A stretch of 64,000 nt of DNA from Phaeosaccion multiseriatum (Eukaryota; Protista; Ochrophyta, other classes), in assembly GCA_965112735.1 (NCBI GenBank), contig OZ218956.1:62001-126000 (forward strand). The letters are read 5' to 3'. The notes below the pieces were generated by a model. The model saw only the letters and a program-made list of their open reading frames with translations. It was not told the origin of the DNA and ran no database searches. Shown one piece after another: positions 53,807 to 64,000 of the stretch. The translations under genes and the position numbers were made by a program. Numbering within the stretch: the first letter of the stretch is position 1; every line of letters begins with the position of its first letter.

Positions 53807-55970
53807 ATGTGCAGCACCAGGCTATTGGTGACATGGGGGAGTGATAGTGACGGGCAGCTGGGTCTGCGTGAAGCGTCTGCGGATGGCGGAGAAGGAAGCA
53901 AGCCTGGTGCTTCGTTGGCTGCTCCCCTCAACAACGACATCTTCCACGCAGAGCCGCAAGTGTGCCCCGCCCTCAGGCACCTTCAGGTGTGGAATATGGG
54001 TACCTCTAGCTCCCGAGAATACAAGCCTTCAGATCATTTCTCTCCTTGTAGAACTATCTCCTTCATTTACCCACCCACCTTTGCTTGTGTGTCTTTTCTT
54101 GTTGTTGTTGTTGTCCATCCCAGGTATCCAGCGTGTCGTGTGGGTCTCGTCACAGCCTCTGCGTGACATCTGACGGCATGGTATTCAGCTGGGGTTGGGG
54201 GAAAGTCGGGCAACTTGGGCATGGAGCCTGCTTCGACCTCTCCGCCCCGCAGCCGATCAAGGCTCTGAGCGAGGCAGGCGTGCAGGCAGTCGAGGTGTCC
54301 GCGGGAGGGATCCACTCGGCCGTGCTGGCGAGTGGGGGGAATTTGTACACCTTCGGATCCAGCGGCTACGGGCAGCTCGGCCTGGGGCCTTCGGTCATGG
54401 GCACGGAGGCCCACTCCACCCCATCGATCGTCCGAAGGAACCCCCGAAAGGAGGGCCGTTCCACAGCCTCGGCACTGGCCAGCCGCGGTAGAGGGGGGGA
54501 GGGAGACGGAGGGGAGCGGGGGATGGGCGGCAGGAGGGCCTCGCTGACTGCGGTACCCAGCAGCACCGCCTTGGAGGACTTGGATGGTAGAACCGCTGGG
54601 GAGGGGCAGCAGAGTTCGATGGAGGCCTCCGTAGGCCCGCCGTCGGAGGAGAGTACTGACCCTGACGCTGAGCTTGTGGCGCTGCGGGTGCAGCAAGTTT
54701 CCTGCGGAGGAATGCACACGGCGGCGGTGACGGACGAGGGGAAGCTCTTCACCTGGGGCAGGGCAGACAGGTCAGGGGCGGGGGAAGGAGCAGGTGCTAG
54801 TCACTGACTGACTGACTGGCTGACTGACTGACTGGTGCTTTTATGGCCGCCCTCCCCCTCTTGCAGCGGCCAGCTTGGCATCGGTTATGGATGGGTTCAT
54901 CAGCAGTCGCCGCACGGTATGGGGATGGAATGGCCCTCACCAGTCACCTTGAGGGACGCAGACGAAACGGTCGAAACTGTCAGCTGCGGGGCGTTTCATA
55001 CGGTGAGGGTGTGTGTGTGAGTGTATGCGTGTTGCTGGCAGAGGCGACGGAGGAGGGAGGGAGGCCGGTGAGGGCCAACAGAACAGCGACAAATGTGAGG
55101 AGTGAAGCCAAGCACATGTCTGAATCTGAAGAGGACTACAAGAGAAGCAATATCGCCGCGTACAAGTGCATCGCGACGGAACCCCCCCCCCCACCTTCCC
55201 TCCCGTACGCACGCACGCCGCTCTCCTGCCCGCCTGCTGCAGGCCATCACGACGAACAGAGCCGAGGTGTACACATGGGGCAAAGAGGACTACGGCATGC
55301 TGGGCTGTAGCGACGAGGGGCTCCTGAAGGGGGGGCTCAACGATCCTCACAAGCTTCCTCTAGAGGGGGTAACAGCCACAGACGTTCAGGTCAGAGGGGA
55401 GGAGGGGGAGGGGGGCAGGGAGCGAGACCCGGTGAGCTCGTGTGTTTTCTGTCCTGTGCTAAAGCGAGTCCCGCCCCCCCTACCTCCCCTCCTGCGTGCC
55501 TCTGCCCCGTGCGTGTCAAACAGTGTGGTGCCTGGCATACAGTCATCTCAGATAGACCCCGGGGGCAGCTCTGGGTCTGTGGGAGGGGCGAGTACGGAAG
55601 GTGCGTGCGTGTGTGCGTGCGTGCGTGTGTGTGTACGAGTGTGCGGACGTGTGCTCCTGCCTCCTCCCCATAAGACATCACCAAGAGACCCGTCCATGGG
55701 AGACAGTTTCGGTGTTTCAGTTCATTGACACCCCACTGACATGCCCCACTGCTGCATGTGATTGGGTATCCCGGGCCAGGTTGGGGATCGCCGACGAGAA
55801 CTGCCGGAGAGCCCCTGTCCTCCTCGACCTCCCCACGGCCCCCGGGGAGGCTGTCAAGCAGGTACGATGAGTTGGGCATCGCATTGAGCATCTCATTGTT
55901 GGGAGAGAAAGGCTTAGTGGGGCGGGCCTCAACCTGTCCTGTGTGCTTACTAGTTAAGGACTTGCTTCCG

Positions 55971-56001
<31 letters not shown>

Positions 56002-56330
56002 AGGTGGCAGCTGGGGCGACTCACACTTTGCTGCTTACAACGCAGGGCAGAGTGTTTGTAACGGGGAGGGCCGACGACGGACGGCTGGGGCCTAAACTGG
56101 GGCCCAAACTGGGGCCCGGGCCGGCAGAGGCAGGCACAGGGGCAGCAGAGCAGGGGGGGGGGCAGGGAAGGGGGTGGGGACAGGAGCAGGGAGAGAGGGA
56201 CAGGGAGCTCTGCTTCCGCGAGTGCCGGGCAGAGAGGCTCAGGAGTGGGTCCTTCCCGGGGGGGGCGGCCCCGGAGGGATGGAAGGTAGACTTGGTCTCT
56301 GCGGGCGGGAAGCACAGTGCAGCCATCCTG

Positions 56331-56361
<31 letters not shown>

Positions 56362-56366
56362 CGTAA
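53807..56366 (+). CDS. RCC1-repeat (7-bladed beta-propeller) protein, 7 exons
   Basis: Repeated blades: TWGSDSDGQLG, VSCGSRHSL..SWGWGKVGQLGHG, VSAGGIHS..TFGSSGYGQLGLG, VSCGGMHT..TWGRAD|SGQLG, CGAFHT, CGAWHT, AAGATHT, SAGGKHS. Confidence 0.92.
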
Positions 56367-56769
56367 CAAAGGCGAGAGGAGGACAGGAGGAATTAGACCT
56401 TCGTCCCTAATTGGCTTAGAGCATTGCGACTGCTTCCCTCCTCTCAGTGGAGGCTTAGAGCATAGGAGGGGGGAGGGGGACTTTATTGACTTAATAGGGG
56501 GAGGGGTGGGAAGTTGAAGAGGAAGTTGGAGTTTCAGCTTTTTTTTTGTTGTCAAAGGGTCACAGGTGGCACGTTGGTCTTCCACCTTTTCCTTTTCCCT
56601 TATCAATTATCAACAAAGTACTTGAAGATAAGGGGCCCCGCACCAGCTAAACACCCCTACCACATCTCGTGTTCTCTTCCCGCCTCCCTCCTATTCGAGC
56701 GGCCTTAAGTTGGAAAGTCTCTATTGTACTGAGCTTAGGGACATATCCAATGAGGAGGCTGTGACCAAC

Positions 56770-59053
56770 ATGGGGAAGGGGGCGAAGAGCAAAGGGGGGA
56801 GCGCAGCTACTGGTAAATCGGGAAAAGGAGGTAAAGGGACAAAGGGCGGCGGCGGTGGCGGCAAGGGGGCAGGCAAAGGTAAAGGCAGAGACTCACCGGC
56901 AGATGAGGTTGTGCCCAGCAAGAAGCAGGAGAGGGCCAAGAAGGCGGAGCTGAAGAAGAGACGGAACAAGGAAAAGCACAGAGCCACAGATGCGGTGAGT
57001 GAGTAGCTCGACAAGAGTGAGGCTTCGCCTTGGCTTAGGCCTTCGTTTTTCTTCCTGCAATCTCCTCCTTCTGCTCACGTCCCTCCGTACCCTTGGCAGG
57101 AGGACAAGCTGTTCGAAGAGCAGCTCAAGAAGATGGGCCTGCGCATCACCCCCATCCGGGGGGACGGAAATTGCCTCTTTCGCTCCATTGCAGATCAACT
57201 TTTGGGGGACCACGACAAGCACGCCCAAGTGCGGAAAGAGGTGCGTGGCACTCCAGGTCTCGCGCACGCGTCCTTTCTGCATGCACTCGAATGAAAAGGC
57301 AGCAGCACAGCCTCCCCTCTCCTCCCCTCCTCTCGTCTCGCGTCCCACCTGCTGCCCGCCTGGCCTGGAAGAGCATGACAACTCGACTCCTTCTTCCTCT
57401 CAGAGAGAGAGAGTCTCAGCCCGTCTGCTTCGGCTCCATGGTCCCCGCACCCCCCTCCAGATCGTGCAGTACATGGTGTCAAAGGAGGACCTCTTCTCCC
57501 TCTTCATGGAGGACGATGAGACGTTTTCAGACTACGCTGAGCGCATGGCCGGAGACGCCGAGTGGGGAGGGCACCAGGAGCTGTACGCCGCCAGTCAGGT
57601 AGGTGCACATGGGTGGGGTGGGGACGAGGCTCGACCGTCCGTCCGTGACTTACGCCTCTGCTCTCTCCGTCGATGCCTTCCGATCATGCTTGCCTCGTGC
57701 CTGCCTCCCTTGGCCTCCTCTCATCGATGTTGGCTGCAGTTGTACTCTGTGACCATGGTGGTGCACCAACTGGCCGCCCCCCGCTTCGAAGTGGCATGCG
57801 AGCCCCGGCAGGCGAGAGAGCTGCACCTGAGCTACCACGGAGAGGCGCACTACAACAGTGTCCGGAGCGAGGAGGACAGCGGCGCGGGGCCGGCCCTGCC
57901 CATCAATGTGAGTGGGCGAGAGAGAAAGAGAGGGGAGAGGGGAGAGGGAGGGAGGGAGGGGAGGATCGGCGAAGAGGTGGAGGTGGCGGCGCTCCATGAG
58001 GAAGGGCAGGTGGGCGGGCCTCTAACCAGTGGGGATTTGCTGCTCTCTCTGACGGAAATTGCTCGGCAGCGGACAGAGGGCATCTCCACCATTGCCCACC
58101 AACGCCTTCGGCCCCTTTGTCTCTCTCGTATCCTCGCCCCTGTTGTGCCCGCCCGCATGTGTATGTGTATCAGCTGGCGTCCGCCCAAGCTTCGCCGAGT
58201 GGAGGGCGTGGTAGTGGTGGTGGTGGTGGAGGAGGAGACCGTAAGAAGGAGACCAGCAGTGGGTCGGGACAGTCTCCAGCGGAGGAGGTGCGTCCGTAAG
58301 GGCGGTGTTCAGAAGTTCAGTCTCTCTCTCTCTCTCTCTCCCTCTCCTCCCATATTCTCTTCTCTTCACTCTTCTCTCTCCCACCCTCTCTTTTCTCCCG
58401 CTTTCTCTCGTGGCTGTGGGAAGAAGCAAAGAAGGCACGTTGATTGATGTCGCCCTTCTTCCCTTTCTCTCTCCCCCTGCTGCTCGCTTCCCCCCCCTCC
58501 CCATCCCCTCTCTCGCTGACTTACTGCTCGCATGGCCCATGGCCCGCCTCTGCAGCTTGTGATGCGCAGCTGCCCGGGGGTGGACGCGGCCGGTGCCAAG
58601 CGGGCCTTGAGCTTGTCAGGCGGCGACGCTATGAATGCCGTGGAGCTCGTCCTCGCAGGGGGGCTGGAGCTGGAGGAGGAGGAGGGAGGGAGGGAGGAGC
58701 CCGGCCACTTGTATGGGGGAGAGGAGGAGGGAGGCGATGGGGCCAAAGAAGGCGACGCAAAAGGAGGAGGAGGACGAGGACGAGACGGGGTTGCTGCGTC
58801 AGGCGCTGTGGAGGGACAAGAGGAGACCAAGCGCAGGACGGGAGAGTCAGGGACAGGAGGTGTGGAGGTGACCAAGAAGGTGGCACGGGGCTCGGCCTGT
58901 CCGTGCGGCAGCGGCTTGAAGTATAAGAAGTGCTGCAGGAAGAGGGAGAAAGCTCTCAAGGGAAGGGCCGGGACGGGTGACTGCGGGCAGCAGCAACAGC
59001 AGCAGGCCGCGGAAAGGGCCGTCGGAGACGAGTTCGGGGCGCTGCAGATTTGA
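56770..59053 (+). CDS. OTU-domain deubiquitinase (OTUD3/plant OTU7-like) with a UBA-like domain and a SEC-C motif, 6 exons
   Basis: IRGDGNCLFRSIADQL, WGGHQEL, LHLSYHGEAHYNSVR; UBA-like AKRALSLSGGDAMNAVELVL; SEC-C CPCGSGLKYKKCC; C-terminus FGALQI*. Confidence 0.93.
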
Positions 59054-59448
59054 GTTTGAGATTCTTGGTCCTTTGGAGTGAGGGCCCTGCAGTGACAGGC
59101 CTCGAGGCATGCGCGACCCGTGTTCCGCAGGCAGAGCGGACCCACGCGAGAAGGAGACCGAGCCTTACTCTGTGGTCGGTCAGGGCCTTGCTCCTTGCTG
59201 GACGACTCTCCACAGCTACCATGCTCTTTTGTGCGGACAACGCCCTGAAATGAAACCGCCACGACCTCTGCAGCAGCTCCGGAGAGGCTCTGGAGAGGGC
59301 GTCAAGTCAGTCCTCAGTGGCAGTGGATGGCAGTGGATGGCAGTGGTCAGGGGTCCGTGGCCCTCGGCTTTGCTGGAGAGAAGAGAGAAGCGGCCCCCAC
59401 TGACGCTGACGCGGCAAGCGCTTTGTGCTACCGCCCCCGCCAGGACTA

Positions 59449-59497
<49 letters not shown>

Positions 59498-60010
59498 CGG
59501 GAAGACTCGGGAGCAGAGCCGTCCCTGACCAACCGCCCGACCGAACAGGCCACTCCACAGACGCAGACAGCAAGGCCGCTGTCAAACCCTTCTGAGGAGG
59601 TGACCGTGTGGTGTTCCTAGGAAGAGCGTCTGGTGTCTGGTCTGTGTGCGGGGAGGTGATGGGCTCCGGCGGGCAACTCTGCCCGGCAAGACGAGAGCAC
59701 CAGGGAAGATGGAGCCAAGCCGCGGACCGTTCGCGGACGCTGGGACCGAAATCCTTCCCAGAGGAGGCCAAGTTGGGCGTTTCCCCCATGAAATTTACCT
59801 GACAGAGAAGTTGCTCATTGCCTTGCTTGTGAAGCGAAAGGGTTTCTTTCCGATTGAAATACAAGTATGAACAGGGCGGAAGCACTCTCTCCGCCAGCAC
59901 GGGGGTGATAAAACATACAAATGCCTACATGAATTTCTCAAAAGAGAGTTTCTATCGGCCACCCGCCCTCCTATTGCATGTGAAAGGCCGTTTGGCTCCG
60001 AGCTCCGAGC

Positions 60011-62257
60011 TCAGCGCCACTCGCTCTCCAGGCGGGCGGCGAAGTCGGTGCCCCACGGGCCGTCAACGCGGTAGTCCTCATCACGCACAGACGAGAGCAC
60101 CAGATCGCGGCCCCTGAGGATGGGGCGTCCATCGGGAGTGTGCTTGACTCGCTGCGTCTCACCCAGCACGCCACTCCACTGCTCCACGCCCTCGTCATTG
60201 GGCTTGCGGATGAAAGTCACGTCCATCACGTGGGCATGGCAGCGCTCCACTTCCTGGCGGTAGTCCACCTGGAAGGAGTACGTGTCTGTGAGGATAAACA
60301 CGCTGGCCCACGACCCGGGCTCAGTGAAGAGGTTTCTCTTCACGCGCTTGTCGGCGATCCAGTCCTCGCAGAGGGCCTTGTCCTCCGCCACGTGCAGCTG
60401 CTGCTCGACCAGCAGCAGCGCGTCCAGATCGGAAAGAGGAGCTGCAGACTCGGCCAGGCGACGGGCGGTGAGGGGGGAGGAGGCTTCGACAGCGGCGGCC
60501 TTGAGAAGCTTCTCTTCCTGCATGAGCTCTTCGAACAGATTGGAGGTGCGCTTGAGCTGGCACGGGCCGTACGCGTTGAAGGCCATGACCACTCCGCCGT
60601 TGGATAGACTCTGGATCCCGGGTGTCGTGAGCTCCGTCCCCTCGACTGTGTACTTGAAGGAGCCGTAGCCCAGAGTCTGCTCCTCGCCGACAAGCCCACC
60701 CGCCTCCTCGCCCTCCACGTAGGTCGGGTTGTACTTAGTGACGTCCATCACCTCCAGCAGCACTTGCTCCTCGCTCTTGCCGTCGGGCGACGCGATTGTA
60801 AAGGCGGACGCCGTGATGTACGTCTGAGTCCACGCATACAGCCAACGGTAAGCAACGCACACACGCAGAGCGACGAGAAGGAAGCAGGAGTAAGACGGAA
60901 GATTTGGAGGGGTGGCTGGCTGGGAAAGCAGAGCCAGGGCATCTGACACTCACCGGCAGGGCGTTGTTTTCGCATTCAGGGAAGACGTGCAGGCGGAGGT
61001 TCCACTGGAGATGCGTCTCCGCCAGACCGGCATACCAGCCGCCGTCCTCGCCCTTGAAGAGGAAGGTCTGCCCGTGCAGGCCGGCACCACGGGGTCGTTG
61101 TTCACTCCGACGGTAGCGGTGTCTTGTGCAACACAACACAACACGGAGCAACAATAAGGAGAGGAAGCCAACGGCAGCACTAGAGTGCCCAATCACGGCA
61201 CGCACAGAAGCAGCAGCAACACAGTAGCAGCAGCAGCAGTAGCAGCAGCAGTGGCTGATTCATCACCAGCAGCACCAGGCCTGACTCACATGTTCCCAAA
61301 GGAAAACCGTTGGCTGCCGCGGAATTTTTGGTTGTGTCATCAAGGGCATTCTTGTTCTCGACGTCCCAGTTGTCAAGGATGAAGGTTGGGGAGGGGTCGG
61401 TTTCGCTCATACGATACGCCCAGCCGTCCAAGTACTCCCAAACCTCGCCTGACAGGGGAGGGGAGCAGCAGGACCGGGGTGGAGGGAGAGGCGTGCGGGG
61501 GAATGAGCGAGGGAGCCAGGCGCAGCCAGCCAGAGCGGGGCAGGCCCGGCCGGCCGGGGGGGAGCGAAGGACGGCGACAGAGGCGACAAGAAGAGGCCAG
61601 CCAGTGGACAAAACAAGCAAGGCATAGAGGATAGACAGGCAGTGGGACATTGGGAGGTCGCCTGGCCAGCGCCGCTCGCCACTCACCTGTTCCGTCGACA
61701 TTATTGTCTCCAAAGGCATCTATCTTGACACCGTTTTCGAACAAGAGGATTGCATCGTCTCCGTTTATGTTCGCCACATTTTTGTTAGGGAAAAAAAACT
61801 CGGGGGTCTCGGCCTCGCTAAGCTCAAAGTACTCCCTGAATGCTGGAGGAGGAGGAGGAGGAGGAGGAGAGGACGCCGGATGGGGGGTGGAGGTGGGGGG
61901 CGGAGAGTCCATGAACTGTTGCGATCACGCAGACTCATGCGGGACGCAAGCAGCAAAGAAGGCAACACATGTGAACTTACAATCACCATTGCCCTGGTTG
62001 AGGTAAAGAAAGCTTCCTGCCGGTACCATAAGGTTCTCGAACTCGTACTCCACTGTTTCCTGCCCGTTCCCATTGTTAGCGCTGGTTACTCCGTATATGG
62101 ATAAGTCTGGAATGCCTGTGTCCGCATAAAGCTCAATCGTCTTTGGGAGACCGTCTGTCAATGGTCCGTCAATGACGCCTGTGATTCGCAAGCCCGCGAG
62201 GCAGCGTTGCGTCTGCACCAAGGCGCCAATTACGGCAAGTAAGCGAGAGGGAACCAT
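60011..62257 (-). pseudogene. Secreted chimeric protein: bacterial-type lamin-tail-like domain plus a vWD/root-cap-like domain; 5 exons; 1-nt frameshift near 61086 (pseudogene or assembly error)
   Basis: Signal peptide, then LRITGVIDGPLTDGLPKTIELY..DLSIYGVTSANNG..ANINGDDAILLFENGVKIDAFGD..WEYLDGWAYR..NALD..FPLGT|Y. Exon 4 enters in frame as YTATVGVNNDPVV, but the continuation AGLHGQTFLFKGEDGGWY (whose phase matches exon 5) lies in another frame. C-terminal SGVLGETQR..DYRVDGPWGTDF. Confidence 0.7.
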
Positions 62258-62546
62258 CTCTCGCTGCTAATCTATCTCTGTTGCCTCAAGCCGGTTTCTG
62301 ATCGTGTGGTGTGCCTGACCTGGTGTGTGTTGGTCCCTCTCGCTGAACAGGGCCTCAGCGGCGAAAGGAAAGGCTCCCCATCCCCGCCGCCATTTTGGGG
62401 TACCACGGCCCCAAACCCCAACAACATCAATGCCAATCTATTCTGAGTAAAATGTAAAATTAATTAATAGGGGTATTTGGTATATAAACCGTGCGGGGGG
62501 GCTGTCGTTTTTTTTTTGATTTTTTATGGCACCGGTCTGGATAGAG

Positions 62547-62699
62547 TGTTGGGATATCTCCCTCCTGGAGACTGGTGTCGTACTTGCACGAGTGTGGGAA
62601 AGCGTCTTATTAGCTACATAACACTAAAAGAAGAAGTGAACGGACTTGTACCAGCGATATGAGATCGATATCTAGTGTCGACATCGATTTATCTCAACA
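62547..62699 (-). repeat. 3' LTR of the copia element (153 bp)
   Basis: TG...CA termini with a 9/10 terminal inverted repeat (TGTTGAGATA ... TATCCCAACA on the minus strand), abutting the PPT. Flanking TAGAG (62542-62546) is the candidate target-site duplication. Confidence 0.8.
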
Positions 62700-62732
62700 C
62701 ACCTCCTCGCCTGGTACTGTCCATTCCGCTAA

Positions 62733-64000
62733 CTACGCCCTAAAACCCATCATCTTTTCACGTAAAGCTACAAGTACTGCCGGGGTCACATGCTTCGTCA
62801 AAAGGTCAGCCAGCTGCGCCTTCGAAGCCACGTACTCAAATGCAATAAGAGCCTCCTTCACTGCGTCTTGCAGAAAATGAAACCGAACATCAATGTGCTT
62901 CATCCTCCGTGTCGATGCATTGCTCTCTGCCAGCTTGATACACCCCATGTTGTCCTCAAAAACAACTGTCGCCTTCGACGAGTCATCAGGGAACAAGAAA
63001 CTCAATACCTGCCTAATGTATAATATTTCCTTCACACAGTCACTGGCTGCCATGTACTCGCTCTCCAGCGAAGACATCGCCACACTCAGCTGCAATCGCA
63101 CACCCCAAGTGATAGCTGCACCTCCGTACATCAAAGCATAACCAGTCGAACTCCTGCGAGTGTCAACACATGCAGCGTAATTCGCGTCTGCATATGCTTC
63201 CAAAACACACTCGCCCTTGCCAAACACCAAAGCACGATCCACAGTACCCTTCAGGTAGCCAAACACACGCATAGCCTGCTTCCAATGCTCAGGGCCGGGG
63301 TTCTTCATATACCGCGACAACTCTCGAACAGCATAGGCAATATCAGGCCTTGTCCAGTTTGAGATCCACATCAAAACGCCCACCACACCGGGGTAGTCCT
63401 TGTCAGTCATAAAAGCTACATCAGCTGCAGACGATGGCTCCATACTCTTGCTGAGTGCTGTGCCAGACACACCGGGTGTCGAGTAAACTCGATCAGACTC
63501 CAAACCAAACTTCACTATCATCTTCTTGATGTAGTGCTCCAATGTCAATGTGACAGTGCCTACGCTCCGGTTGAACACAACGCGCACTCCCAAAAACTGA
63601 TCAACATTGGGCCCAAGTCTCTTCAACGAAAACTTGTTGTCCAGCTCTGTAAAGAGCCAGTCCACCACCTCCTGCTTTCCTCCGCAGGACAAATCATCAA
63701 CAAATACAATGAGGATGCCAACAAGCTCCCCATTCTTCCACAAAACAAATAAACACGGCTCAGCGCCGCACTGTTGCCATCCAAGCTCAAGCAGAAACTT
63801 CACCAATGTCTGATACCAACGTCTCGGTGCCTGATGTAGACCATAGAGTGCCATCAGCAAGCGCATGACCTTGCCCTTCCGCAGAAAACCCGGAGGCGGT
63901 AACACATACACCACCTCATGCTCTTGCAGAGGCGCATGCAGAAAAGCTTGATCCAAATCAGCAAACTCACACACAAAACCAGACGTCTTCATCTTGTCAA
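62733..64000 (-). CDS. Copia pol, reverse transcriptase plus RNase H (partial)
   Basis: ADLDQAFLHA, ALYGLHQAPRRWY, IVFVDDL, RPDIAYAV, YADANYA..RRSSTGY, SSLESEY, FEDN, KHIDVRFHF, QLADLLTK; no stop codons over 419 codons. Confidence 0.96.
   Translation of the reverse strand, partial: DKMKTSGFVCEFADLDQAFLHAPLQEHEVVYVLPPPGFLRKGKVMRLLMALYGLHQAPRRWYQTLVKFLLELGWQQCGAEPCLFVLWKNGELVGILIVFVDDLSCGGKQEVVDWLFTELDNKFSLKRLGPNVDQFLGVRVVFNRSVGTVTLTLEHYIKKMIVKFGLESDRVYSTPGVSGTALSKSMEPSSAADVAFMTDKDYPGVVGVLMWISNWTRPDIAYAVRELSRYMKNPGPEHWKQAMRVFGYLKGTVDRALVFGKGECVLEAYADANYAACVDTRRSSTGYALMYGGAAITWGVRLQLSVAMSSLESEYMAASDCVKEILYIRQVLSFLFPDDSSKATVVFEDNMGCIKLAESNASTRRMKHIDVRFHFLQDAVKEALIAFEYVASKAQLADLLTKHVTPAVLVALREKMMGFRA

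Larger units (their letters stand above)
62547..64000 (-). mobile_element. Ty1/copia LTR retrotransposon, 3' portion (RT-RNaseH, PPT, 3' LTR); continues beyond the window
   Basis: Intronless, lower-GC ORF with copia motifs; polypurine tract GGCGAGGAGGTG (minus strand, 62711-62700) directly before the LTR. Confidence 0.95.

Noticed and set aside
53807-56366. UVR8 photoreceptor
   Set aside because: The GWRHT tryptophan-triad motifs are absent; a generic RCC1 propeller.
59109-59900. ORFs between the OTU gene and the chimeric gene
   Set aside because: Contain (GCAC)n and other simple repeats, with no motifs; probably UTR or intergenic.

Overview
GC-rich, intron-dense eukaryotic nuclear DNA, most likely from a photosynthetic stramenopile (ochrophyte). 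That taxonomic call is an inference from a bipartite plastid-targeting-like leader and the domain content. I reconstructed about 13 genes, most of them spliced, by joining ORF fragments at GT/GC-AG sites; splice phase was checked at many junctions, not all. In order: a partial Ser-rich CDS; an HPS6-like (BLOC-2) protein; an OFA/YhjX-type MFS transporter with a mitochondrial-type presequence; a peroxisomal adenine-nucleotide-type SLC25 carrier head-to-head with a PfkB kinase; a DUSP12/YVH1-like phosphatase; a small KEN-box/D-box protein; PRP31; a 19-kb USP9/24/34-like deubiquitinase with unusual accessory domains; acylphosphatase; an RCC1-repeat protein; an OTU-UBA-SEC-C deubiquitinase; and a secreted chimeric gene with a bacterial-type N-terminal domain and a 1-nt frameshift. 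The window ends in the 3' part of a Ty1/copia retrotransposon (RT-RNaseH, PPT, 153-bp LTR). Introns are loaded with micro- and minisatellites. Most short ORFs in the supplied track are antisense or repeat artefacts. Family assignments come from recognising motifs by eye; no database searches were run.
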